Below, one piece after another: positions 8,365-16,977 of a stretch of 23,894 nucleotides of DNA. Numbering within the stretch: position 1 is the first letter of the stretch; the number at the start of each line of letters is the position of its first letter. The translations under genes were made by a program, and so were the position numbers. Where the stretch lies: positions 1 to 23,894 of the forward strand of contig JBKPAK010000086.1 of NCBI GenBank assembly GCA_046726415.1, given 5' to 3'. The notes beneath the pieces are model-generated. The model searched no databases. It was given only the letters and a program-made list of their open reading frames with translations, and was not told where the DNA came from. The stretch is from Candidatus Methylomirabilota bacterium (GTDB lineage Bacteria > Methylomirabilota > Methylomirabilia > Rokubacteriales > CSP1-6).

Positions 8365-9134
8365 TCCGCCGCGCCCAGATACGCTTCGAGCACGCGCGGA
8401 TCGCGCCGCACCTCGGCGAAGCGCCCTTCCATGAGCTTCCGCCCCTGGGCGAGGACGATGACCGGATCGCACAGCTCGGTCACGAGATCCATGTCGTGTT
8501 CGATCAAGACGAACGTCCGGCCCCGCGCGTGGAGGTCGCGGATGCGCGCGACCAGCGACCGCATGAGGGTGGGGTTGACGCCGGCTCCTGGCTCGTCGAG
8601 GAGAATGATGCGGGGATCGCCCATGAGCACCCGCGCCAGCTCGAGGAGTTTCTTCTGCCCCCCCGAGAGCGTTTCGGCGAGAGCGTTAGCGTGGGGGGCC
8701 AGCTCCATGAACTCGAGGATGTCTTGCGCGCGTCGGGTCAAGGTTTCTTCTTGGCGCCGAACCCGGCCCGGCGCAACGAAAACGCGGGCCAGCGCCTCGC
8801 CATCCTGCTCCTTGCCGTAGACCAGGAGGTTTTCGAGAACGGTCATCCGCCCAAATGGCCGCGGGATCTGAAACGTTCGGCCCACCCCGAGACGGGCGAT
8901 GGTATGGCTGGCGAGGCCATCGAGCCGATGGGGTCCGAGGCGGATCAGGCCCGCGTCGGGCGCAGTGAGCCCGCTGATCGCGTTGAACAGCGTGGTCTTG
9001 CCGGCGCCATTCGGCCCGATGAGGCCGGTGATGGTCCCGGGCGCGACGTCGAACGTGCAGCCCGCGAGCGCGGCCACGCCACCAAAGCGCTTGGTCACCT
9101 CGATCACGGTCAGGAGAGGGCCGATCTCGGCCAT
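8361..9134 (-). CDS. livG: ABC transporter ATP-binding protein (LivG-like)
   Basis: Start at MAEIGPLLTV (9134; alternative 9143); KRFGG, GPNGAGKTT, RTFQ, LSGGQKKLLELAR, LLDEPGAG, IEHDM, VLEAYLG. Confidence 0.92.
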   Translation of the reverse strand: MAEIGPLLTVIEVTKRFGGVAALAGCTFDVAPGTITGLIGPNGAGKTTLFNAISGLTAPDAGLIRLGPHRLDGLASHTIARLGVGRTFQIPRPFGRMTVLENLLVYGKEQDGEALARVFVAPGRVRRQEETLTRRAQDILEFMELAPHANALAETLSGGQKKLLELARVLMGDPRIILLDEPGAGVNPTLMRSLVARIRDLHARGRTFVLIEHDMDLVTELCDPVIVLAQGRKLMEGRFAEVRRDPRVLEAYLGAAE

Positions 9135-9274
9135 GGGGCGCATCCTACCCGAAGATCCGTGCGGTTCCTCGGCCATGCGGGGACTGAGGACAGCCCCGCG
9201 CGCGGCCGCGGGGCCGGGGCTCGTGATAGTCTGACCGCGCGCTGAGGTCACCCGCGCAGAAGGGAGGATCCACC

Positions 9275-9546
9275 ATGCCGAAGTTCGTCATCGAGCGCGA
9301 AATTCCAGGAGCCGGTGCGCTGACGCCACAGGATCTGAAGGGCATCTCCCAGAAGTCGTGCGGAGTACTGCGCGAGCTAGGCCCAGACGTGCAGTGGGTC
9401 GGAGCTATGTGACCGACGACAAGGTCTACTGTGTCTACCTCGCGCCGAACGAGGAGGCGATTCGCGAGCATGCCCGGCGCGGCGGCTTCTCGGCGAACCG
9501 CATCTCGGCGGTCAGGAGGATGATCGACCCGACCACGGCGGAGTGA
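9275..9546 (+). pseudogene. DUF4242 family small protein with a single 1-nt deletion (pseudogene or sequence error)
   Basis: GGGAGG RBS; MPKFVIEREIPGAGALTPQDLKGISQKSCGVLRELGPDVQWV/SYVTDDKVYCVYLAPNEEAIREHARRGGFSANRISAVRRMIDPTTAE*; span is 272 nt, break near 9401. Confidence 0.85.
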
Positions 9547-9558
9547 GGGCGCAAACGA

Positions 9559-10691
9559 TCAGCAACTGAGGGCCGGCGGAAAATTGTCACGGACGGCCAC
9601 CGAGATCGCGCCAGTCCGGCAGGTGGCGAGGGTGTAGGTCGCGTAGGGGGCCTGGCAGGGCGCGCCCTTGGTGGCGTGCAACTCGCGGTGAGTGAGATCG
9701 GCGATCACCGAGACCACGGTCTGGAGATCTCGACCCGGGAAGGGATGCGCGCAGAGGCTGTGGGGCCCGTTGGCGTGATCGCGGTAGAACCCCTGAATAT
9801 CGGTGACCGTCAGCGGCGTCGGCGCCCCGGCGAGGAGGTGCTCGAGGCGAGCCCGCCGCGACAGGGAATTCTCCGAGGCCTTCTCGTATCCCTGGAATTC
9901 AGGGGCCTCGAGATGGTTCGCGTGAACGAGCAACCCGTCGGCGCCCCGGATGACGGCGGCCTCCCGACGAAGTGCCTCCACGTCGAGGAGCACTCCGCGG
10001 TCGTCGGCAATCAAGAGATTTCGCGACGCCGCCCGCGGCGGCGCCAGGGCAGTGGCTCGGGCCGCCTCGGCGCTCTCCTCGCGCAATGCCAGCCGCGAGA
10101 GCAGATAGCGCGGGAGGCCCTCGCCCCACCCCCGGGATCGTCGATGAAATTTGCGCAGACGCCCACGCCAGCCTCATTGAGCCCGTTGTGACCGAGGAGC
10201 CCCGCAGTGGTGTAGAGGAGTGCGGCCGGCGCGTCCTTGGGTGCCTGGCGGACCACGATCCCGAACTCTTCGACGAACGGCACCAGGTCCACGTTTTGGC
10301 CGAGCAAGGTCACACCGCCGGCGGTGCAGCGACCGGTGGCCGCGAACGTCGTGCATTCAAGCGCCACGGCTGGGGGCGCGCTCGCCTTGCTGGCGCGCAT
10401 CACCTCGGCGCGCGCCTGCAGGATCAGCAGGCGCGAGATGGGAAGTCCGGATCCACGTGACAAGCCCTCCAGCTCTTCCCACAGGAACGGAGCGTGGTCT
10501 TGGATGGGCTGGGCGAACGGCGCGGCGGCTGCCGCCACGGCCTCGCGAGGGCACCCGGTCTGCCGAATGACGTGTTGGGTCCAGGCCTCGAGGTGCCGTT
10601 CGATGGAGGGCGCGAACATCTGCCCGACCTGGCGACCGATCTCGCCCCAGGAGCCCTGAGCGTGCACGAACGGAAGAATCGCTGCCGTCAT
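9559..10691 (-). pseudogene. Peptidase C45 / acyl-CoA:6-APA acyltransferase-like Ntn-hydrolase, split by one frameshift
   Basis: ORFs 10011..10691 and 9559..10086 join near 10130 (DDPG/WGEGLPRYLLSRLAL). Motifs EELEGLSRG, autocleavage ECTT, LLGQNVD, GLNEAGVGVCAN, LVHANH, SRRARL. Confidence 0.85.
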
Positions 10692-10756
10692 CTCCGGCGA
10701 GTATCGCAGATCGGAGATTGACTGACCATACGGCTAGGCCAAACGCACCTCGATAC

Positions 10757-13588
10757 CTACCTGACCACGAAGTTCACCAGCCGCCCTGGCACGACCACCA
10801 CCTTGGCCACGGTACGTCCGGACAGCTGCGCGGCCACTTTGTCGTCGGCCCGCGCCGTCCGCTCCAGGGCGGCATCGTCGGCGTCCGCCGGCACGGTGAT
10901 TCGCGACCGCAGCTTGCCATTGACCTGTACTGGCACCTCGATGGTCTCCTCCACCCGGTACACCGGGTCGGCGACCGGGAACACCTGCCAGGCCAGGGAT
11001 TCGGCATGGCCCAGCCGCGACCAGAGCTCCTCGGCCACGTGAGGGGCCAGCGGCGCGATCAGCAACACCAGCGGCTCGACCACCTCGCGCGGCGCCCCGC
11101 CGTCCGGCCAGGTCTGCACGATGTGGTTATTCAGCTCGGCGATCCGCGCGATCGAGGTGTTGAACCGCAGCGTCTCAAAGCCCTCGCGCACCGCGGCGAT
11201 GGTCCGGTGCAGGATCCGTCGAGTCTCGCCGTCGGCATCCCCATCGCCCACTCGCACGGCGCCGGTCTCCTCGTCCACGACGTTCCGCCAGATTCGCTGC
11301 AGTAGCCGGAACGAGCCCACCACGGCTTTGGTCTCCCATGGTCGGGACTGCTCCAGCGGACCGGTGAACATCTCGTAGAGCCGCAGCGTGTCGGCCCCGT
11401 ACTGCTCACACATCTCGTCCGGCGTCACCGAATTCTTCAGCGATTTGCCCATCTTCGCGAACTCGCGCTCAACCGGTCTGCCCCGATAGAAGAACAGGCC
11501 GTCCCGCGCTTCCACCTGCGCCGCCGGCACGTACACCCCGCGCTCATCGGTATAGGCGTACGCCTGCACGTAGCCCTGATTGAACAGCCGCCGAAACGGC
11601 TCTTCGGCGCTGACATGCCCGAGGTCGTACAACACCTTCTGCCAGAACCGCGCGTAGAGCAGGTGGAGGACGGCGTGCTCGACCCCGCCCACGTACAGGT
11701 CGACCCCGCCCACGTCACCAGGCTGCTTGGGACCCATCCAGTACCGTTCGTTGGCGGGGTCGGCGAAGCGCGCGTCGTTGGTGGGGTCGGTGTACCGGAT
11801 CTCATACCAGCACGAGCCGGCCCACTGCGGCATCGTGTTCGTCTCCCGGCGGTACATCTTCGGCCCGTCGCCGAGGTCCAGCTCGATCTCGATCCAGTGT
11901 TTCGCCCGCGACAGCGGAGTTTCGGGTTTGGACTCGGCATCATTCGGGTCGTATGTTCTCGGCGCGAAGTCGCCGATCTCCGGCAGCTCCACCGGGAGCA
12001 TCGACTCCGGCAGCGCTCGCGGCTGGCTGTTCTCATCGTGGACGATCGGGAACGGCTCGCCCCAGTACCGCTGGCGGGAGAACAGCCAGTCGCGCAGCTT
12101 GTATGTCGTCCTCGCCTCGCCAACGCCGCGCTCGTGCAGCCACGCGATGATCCGCTCCTTGGCCTCGGAGACGCCCAGCCCGTCGAGGAATCCCGCATTG
12201 ATCGCCGGACCTTCACCGGCGTACGCCTTGCCGGCGAAGGTGGCCGGTGGCTGCACGGTGCGCACGATCGGGAGATCGAAGATCTCGGCGAACTCCCAGT
12301 CCCGCTCGTCCTGCCCGGGTACCGCCATGATCGCGCCGGTGCCGTACTCCATCAGCACATAGTCGGCGATGAAGATCGGAATCTGCTGGCCGTTGACCGG
12401 GTTCGTGGCGAACGAGCCGATGAACGCGCCGGTCTTGGCCCGGTCGCCGGCCCGCCGATCCAGCTCCGATCGCTGAGCGGTCTCCCGCTGGTACGCCGTC
12501 ACCGCCTCGGCCGGGGTTGGCGCCGTGACCGTCCACCTGGGACTCACGCCGTGGACTGGCCACTGTGCCGCGATCAACACTGGGATCATCGGGTGCTCGG
12601 GGGCCAGCACCAAGTACGTCGCCCCGAACACGGTGTCGGGCCGTGTCGTGAACACCTCGATGTCCCCGGCCGGAGACGGGAATCGGATGCTCACCCCGGC
12701 CGATCGCCCGATCCAGTTGCCCTGCATCTGCTTGATCGACTCCGGCCAGTCCAGACGGTCCAGATCGTCGATCAGCCGGTCTGCGTACGCCGTGATCCGC
12801 ATCATCCACTGCTTCAGCGGACGCCGGAACACCGGGAAGTTCCCGCGCTCGCTGCGGCCCTCACCGGTAACCTCCTCGTTGGCGAGCACGGTGCCCAGCC
12901 CCGGACACCAGTTCACCGGCGCCTCATGCAGGTAGGCCAGCCGGTGACTGTCGATGATCCGCCGCTGCTCGACGGTGGGTAGCTCGCGCCAGCTCCGACC
13001 GTCCGGAGTGGGCCGCGCACCCTGCGCGTACTCCGATTCCAGCTCGGCGATGGGTCGCGCTCGACCGGCCTTGGCGTCGTACCAGGCGTTGAAGATTTGC
13101 AGGAAGATCCACTGCGTCCACCTGTAGTACGACACGTCGGTGGTGGACACCGCGCGCCGCCGGTCGTGCCCCAGCCCCAGCCGGCGGAACTGGACGCGGA
13201 ATTTCTCCACGTTCTGCTCGGTGGTCAGACGCGGATGCTGGCCAGACTCCACGGCGTACTGTTCGGCCGGCAACCCGAAGGCGTCGAAGCCGATCGTGTG
13301 CAGCACGTTGTGGCCGGTCATGCGGAGATAGCGGGCGTATACGTCGGTGCCGATGTACCCGAGCGGATGCCCGACGTGCAATCCCTCTCCGGACGGGTAG
13401 GGAAACATGTCGTTGACGAAGAATTTCGGCTGGTTGCTCACCCGCTCGAAGCCCCCCGCCAGCGGCCCGACCGGGTTCGGGGTCGCGAAGATCTGCTCGC
13501 CCTCCCAGCGATCTTGCCAGCGCGCCTCGATCTCGTTCGCCAGCGCGGCAGTGTAGCGATACCGCAGTCTTCCGCGTGGCTCGGTCAT
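10757..13588 (-). CDS. leuS: Leucine--tRNA ligase (actinobacterial-type sequence), 943 aa
   Basis: [15 protein letters not shown] (HIGH), editing domain FTTRPDT and [54 protein letters not shown] (KMSKS), QVNGKLR. Confidence 0.98.
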   Translation of the reverse strand: MTEPRGRLRYRYTAALANEIEARWQDRWEGEQIFATPNPVGPLAGGFERVSNQPKFFVNDMFPYPSGEGLHVGHPLGYIGTDVYARYLRMTGHNVLHTIGFDAFGLPAEQYAVESGQHPRLTTEQNVEKFRVQFRRLGLGHDRRRAVSTTDVSYYRWTQWIFLQIFNAWYDAKAGRARPIAELESEYAQGARPTPDGRSWRELPTVEQRRIIDSHRLAYLHEAPVNWCPGLGTVLANEEVTGEGRSERGNFPVFRRPLKQWMMRITAYADRLIDDLDRLDWPESIKQMQGNWIGRSAGVSIRFPSPAGDIEVFTTRPDTVFGATYLVLAPEHPMIPVLIAAQWPVHGVSPRWTVTAPTPAEAVTAYQRETAQRSELDRRAGDRAKTGAFIGSFATNPVNGQQIPIFIADYVLMEYGTGAIMAVPGQDERDWEFAEIFDLPIVRTVQPPATFAGKAYAGEGPAINAGFLDGLGVSEAKERIIAWLHERGVGEARTTYKLRDWLFSRQRYWGEPFPIVHDENSQPRALPESMLPVELPEIGDFAPRTYDPNDAESKPETPLSRAKHWIEIELDLGDGPKMYRRETNTMPQWAGSCWYEIRYTDPTNDARFADPANERYWMGPKQPGDVGGVDLYVGGVEHAVLHLLYARFWQKVLYDLGHVSAEEPFRRLFNQGYVQAYAYTDERGVYVPAAQVEARDGLFFYRGRPVEREFAKMGKSLKNSVTPDEMCEQYGADTLRLYEMFTGPLEQSRPWETKAVVGSFRLLQRIWRNVVDEETGAVRVGDGDADGETRRILHRTIAAVREGFETLRFNTSIARIAELNNHIVQTWPDGGAPREVVEPLVLLIAPLAPHVAEELWSRLGHAESLAWQVFPVADPVYRVEETIEVPVQVNGKLRSRITVPADADDAALERTARADDKVAAQLSGRTVAKVVVVPGRLVNFVVR

Positions 13589-13651
13589 TCCTGGCGCGGC
13601 GCGGACTGGACGGACACGGCACGCTTGCGGGACCAGACCGAGCGAGCGCGG

Positions 13652-13743
13652 GGAGTATTGAGAGGCGCCCCGGCTGCGCCACGGCGCCCCGGGCCCTGGG
13701 GGGCCTGGGAGGTTTGGGGGACCAGTTCCGGGCCCCCCAGCTC
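13652..13743 (+). repeat. REP/MITE-like intergenic element, copy A (diverged)
   Basis: GGAGTATTGAGAGGCGC..CGGCTGCGCCACGGCGCC..GGGAGGTTTGGGGGACC-N7-GGCCCCCCAGCTC; colinear with copies at 13807 and 16868. Confidence 0.65.
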
Positions 13744-13806
13744 CCCAGGAGCGTGGCGCGGCATCGAGGGGCGCCCAGCCGCGTCGGCCCTCCCACCTGC
13801 CGAGCG

Positions 13807-13887
13807 ATGTCGAGGGGCGCTCCGGCGGCGCCGCGGCGCCCGGAGCGTTCGGGGGGGTTGGGGGGCCCTGTCGAGGCCCCCCATCTC
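13807..13887 (+). repeat. REP/MITE-like intergenic element, copy B
   Basis: ATGTCGAGGGGCGC..CGGCGGCGCCGCGGCGCC..GGGGGGGTT-GGGGGGCC-CTGTCGA-GGCCCCCC-ATCTC, with a perfect 8-bp terminal hairpin. Confidence 0.75.
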
Positions 13888-13888
13888 C

Positions 13889-15388
13889 TTAAACGCGTCC
13901 GCGGACGACGTATCCGTACCGGAGGTTGGTGCGAGCAGGTCCACTCTCTTCGTACGTTGTCTTCGCCACCGCCAGGCGGTCGGTCGCCAGCGCGGCCCGC
14001 CTCTCGTACTTGTAGAGCCGCGCGTTGTTCTCACCGAGGATGGCGCTCTTGACCGGCCCGGTGGCGGCGCCGAGCGGCGCGAACCCGTACTTTTTCTGCA
14101 TGTCCTCGGGGATCTCCAGCCGCCGCAGCGCCTCGATCTGCCACTGTGGCGAGCCCGTCCAGATGGCGTCGGTGCCCCAGACCACGTGATCGACGCCCAG
14201 CCCTCGGACGAGCTGACCCATCATCGCCGCGCACACGCGGGGGTCGGCCACCGTGCTCTGTGCGAAGATCTGTCCCAGGTCGCCATACACGTTGGTGACT
14301 CCGTACTTCGCCGGAATCTCCGCGAGGTCGGTCACCCATTCGATGCGCCCGGTCTTCTCGAACTGCGCCCAGGCGTCTTCCACCTTGCCGCCGGCGGCGA
14401 AGCGGTAGGCCGAGTGGTAGATGATGAAGTTGAGCTGCGGCCAGTCCTTGGCCGCCTTGCCGACGTCGCGCACATCCGAGTAGGCGAGCAGATGGGGGAA
14501 CTGCTGCTCGACCGAGGGCGGGAAGAGGCCCTTGTGCACGCACACGTTGACCAGGCCCGCCTTCAAGAACTTCTCGTAGCCCCTGTAGGCGACCTTCTCG
14601 TCGTCCATCCGCCAGGGGTACTTGCCGACGGCCTTGTTGGTGTTGTCCCCGATGGTGTAGCCCTTGAACGAATCCGGCTTCAGCTCGGTGATCGCGCGGT
14701 CGACCGCCTCCAGCCACCCGGGCTGCCCCGGCGTGAAGATCGCATGACTGAGCATGCGCCGCGAGCCGGCTTCCCGGTTGACCCGGTTGCGTGCCTCCGC
14801 CTTCATCTCGTTCGTCAGGAACCAATCTTGAGGAATGTCCGACGGCGAGCCCGAGAGCAGGGCGACTTTGGTGTCGCTATCCAGGAAGATCTCCTTGGCG
14901 TAGTTGGCGAACTTCAGATCCTCGATGGTCTGCGGCTTGCCGGCCAGGGCCGGGTTCCAGCCGGCCTTGCCCACCGCCTCGCGCGCGCGCACGAAGCCCA
15001 TGATCCGCGTGTCGTCGCGCAGGAAGTGGGTGTGACAGTCCATGACGAACTGGTTCGACAACGCCGTGGCCCGCTCCTTGGCCATGTCCGGGGTCTGCGC
15101 CTCGGCGCGGTTGACGTCGAAGAGCGAACCGTAGACCTCGTTCATGGCGACGAACGACGCGGCCATGCCGGCCGCCGTCTGAAGGAACCGTCGCCGCGTC
15201 ATCCCGTGCTTTCGAGCCAGATCGGTGCCCAGTTCCTTGATGCGCGCCTCGACGCGACGCTGGGCCGGCGTCTGCGGCCGCGGCATGAACTCGTCGCTCG
15301 ACACGCTCTGGGTCGGGATGGGCGCCGCATAGGCGTGGGTCTCGGCGGGCAGAAGCTGGCGTAGTTCCTCGGGATCCAACAGGTTCAT
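13889..15388 (-). CDS. Metal-dependent amidohydrolase (TIM barrel, amidohydrolase_2-like), 499 aa
   Basis: AAGGAG RBS; MDCHTHF (HxH), FKGY, VCVHKG, FIIYHS, VVWGTDAIW, ILGENNARLY; internal twin-arginine-like motif TRRRFL. Confidence 0.9.
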   Translation of the reverse strand: MNLLDPEELRQLLPAETHAYAAPIPTQSVSSDEFMPRPQTPAQRRVEARIKELGTDLARKHGMTRRRFLQTAAGMAASFVAMNEVYGSLFDVNRAEAQTPDMAKERATALSNQFVMDCHTHFLRDDTRIMGFVRAREAVGKAGWNPALAGKPQTIEDLKFANYAKEIFLDSDTKVALLSGSPSDIPQDWFLTNEMKAEARNRVNREAGSRRMLSHAIFTPGQPGWLEAVDRAITELKPDSFKGYTIGDNTNKAVGKYPWRMDDEKVAYRGYEKFLKAGLVNVCVHKGLFPPSVEQQFPHLLAYSDVRDVGKAAKDWPQLNFIIYHSAYRFAAGGKVEDAWAQFEKTGRIEWVTDLAEIPAKYGVTNVYGDLGQIFAQSTVADPRVCAAMMGQLVRGLGVDHVVWGTDAIWTGSPQWQIEALRRLEIPEDMQKKYGFAPLGAATGPVKSAILGENNARLYKYERRAALATDRLAVAKTTYEESGPARTNLRYGYVVRGRV

Positions 15389-15552
15389 GGCCGTCTCCTT
15401 GAGGTCGTCTGGAGCGGAATTGACGGAATGCTCCCATACTGCTCCGGCCAGGTCAAAGAACCGCGGAGCGCACGCCCACCACGCCGGCGCCCACCTCCAT
15501 GCTCGCGGGTTCCGCGGCGACGGATCCGTCCGTAGAACCCCCTGGTTGAAGC

Positions 15553-15580
15553 TATAATTCGCCCTACCTCAGCAAGGAGG
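15553..15580 (+). promoter_or_regulatory. Consensus -10 box and RBS of ABC operon 2
   Basis: TATAAT at 15553-15558 in GC-rich DNA and AAGGAGG at 15574-15580 before ATG 15588; no convincing -35. Confidence 0.6.
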
Positions 15581-15587
15581 CCGTGGC

Positions 15588-16853
15588 ATGACGACGCGTG
15601 GTTCCACCCGACGCACGTTCCTCACGACCGCGGCGGCTGGCGCGGCGATCGCGGGATTTCCGCTTCCCCTGCGCGCCCAGGCCAAGACGGTGAAGATCGG
15701 CGTCGTCCATCCGGTCACGGGACCTCTGGCCGAGCCCGGACAAGCCTGCCGCGCGGGCGCGCAGATGGCCGCTGACACCATCAACGCGGCCGGAGGTATC
15801 AAATCACTGGGAGGGGCCAAGCTCGAGCTGCTCCTCGGCGACACCCAGACCAAGCCCGACGTGGGGCGCACCGAGGCCGAGCGCGTCATCAACCAGGGCG
15901 CCCAGATGCTGATGGGCTCCTTCGACTCGGGCAGCACGGCGGCCATCGTGCCCGTGGCTCAGCAGCGGCGCGTGCCCCTGCTGGTGGACATCGCCGCCGC
16001 CGATCCCATCACCGCCAATGTGGCCAAGGCTGTCCGCGAAGGGCAGCAGAAGGTCCAGTACGTCTACCGGAATTTCCCGACGGGCTCCACGTTCGGGCGC
16101 AAGGCGGTGCAGTACTTCATCGAGATCTTCAAGGAGGCCGGGGTCTCACCCAAGCGCGTGGTGCTGATGTACTGCAACGACCTCTATGGGCAGAACGCCG
16201 CCAAGGGGTTCCAAGCGGCCTACGAGGTGGCCAAGCCGTCCTGGGAGGTCGTGGACGTCATTCCGTGGCCCGAGCCGCCCCAAGATCTGTCGACCGAGGT
16301 CTCTCGGGCCAAGGCGGCCAAGCCCGACGTGATCGCGCCCATCCCGCGTCCGGCCAGCGCGCAGGTGTTGCTGCCGGAGATCCGCAAGCAGCGCGTGGAG
16401 ATGATGGGCATCGTGAGCCCCGGCGGCCCTGGGCTCTATGAGGCCGGCCAGCTCGCGGTGCTCAAGCAGGATCTGGAATACGTCATGGCCAGCGTGCCGT
16501 GGCCGAACTTCAAGAACTCCAAGACCGTCGCCGTGGCCGAGGAGTACAAGAAGCGCGCGACCGGCAAGACTTTCGACACGAACTCGGGCTACTCCTACGA
16601 CGGCATGTTCGTCATCGCCGACGCGCTGGAGCGCGCCAAGTCGACGGACCCAGAGGCCATCGTGGAAGCGCTCAAGAAGACCAACTACGCCGCGGGCCTC
16701 ATGCAGTACGGTGGTCCCATCACCTTCAACGAGGTCGGCGACAACCCCAATGCCATCCCCACCATGATCGAAATCCTCGGCCAGAAGCCGGTGGCCGTAT
16801 GGCCCAAGGAGGCCGCCCTCCAGAAGTTCGTCTTCCCCCGGCCCAAGACGTAG
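15588..16853 (+). CDS. ABC transporter substrate-binding protein (LivJ/K-like) with Tat signal
   Basis: STRRTFL Tat motif, LRAQA cleavage site, VKIGVVHPVTGPLA, INAAGGIKSLGGAKLEL, ADALERAKSTD. Confidence 0.93.
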   Translation: MTTRGSTRRTFLTTAAAGAAIAGFPLPLRAQAKTVKIGVVHPVTGPLAEPGQACRAGAQMAADTINAAGGIKSLGGAKLELLLGDTQTKPDVGRTEAERVINQGAQMLMGSFDSGSTAAIVPVAQQRRVPLLVDIAAADPITANVAKAVREGQQKVQYVYRNFPTGSTFGRKAVQYFIEIFKEAGVSPKRVVLMYCNDLYGQNAAKGFQAAYEVAKPSWEVVDVIPWPEPPQDLSTEVSRAKAAKPDVIAPIPRPASAQVLLPEIRKQRVEMMGIVSPGGPGLYEAGQLAVLKQDLEYVMASVPWPNFKNSKTVAVAEEYKKRATGKTFDTNSGYSYDGMFVIADALERAKSTDPEAIVEALKKTNYAAGLMQYGGPITFNEVGDNPNAIPTMIEILGQKPVAVWPKEAALQKFVFPRPKT

Positions 16854-16867
16854 GCCCGGAGCATGAC

Positions 16868-16950
16868 GGAGTATCGAGGGGCGCGCCGGCTTCCGCCGGG
16901 GCGCGATGCGCGCCGGGGGGCTGGGGGGCCCGATCCGGACCCCCCATGTC
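16868..16950 (+). repeat. REP/MITE-like intergenic element, copy C
   Basis: GGAGTATCGAGGGGCGC..CGGCTTCCGCCGGGGCGC..GGGGGGCT-GGGGGGCC-CGATCC-GGACCCCCC-ATGTC, followed by GCTAG. Confidence 0.75.
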
Positions 16951-16977
16951 GCTAGGCGCCAGCGCGGAGGCCGATCG

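Noticed and set aside
10120-10140. Programmed -1 ribosomal frameshift in the C45 gene
   Set aside because: The zero-frame context GAT CCC GGG GGT does not fit an X XXY YYZ slippery heptamer; a simple indel is more parsimonious.
13652-13887. Tandem repeat copies as a CRISPR array
   Set aside because: Units are long, diverged and irregularly spaced, another copy lies 3 kb away, and there are no cas genes.
13589-13888. Possible T-box riboswitch or attenuator upstream of leuS
   Set aside because: No T-box consensus, U-tailed terminator or Leu-rich leader peptide on the minus strand; the region is explained by the repeat copies.
13097-15364. Long + strand ORFs (755 aa here; also 7237..8820 and 11615..12982)
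   Set aside because: Antisense shadows of well-supported minus-strand genes, common in high-GC DNA; no recognisable motifs.
15420-15455. TTGAC...GTCAA inverted pair as an FNR/CRP-type site
   Set aside because: The half-sites are 26 nt apart rather than 4-6; more likely divergent -35-like hexamers or chance.
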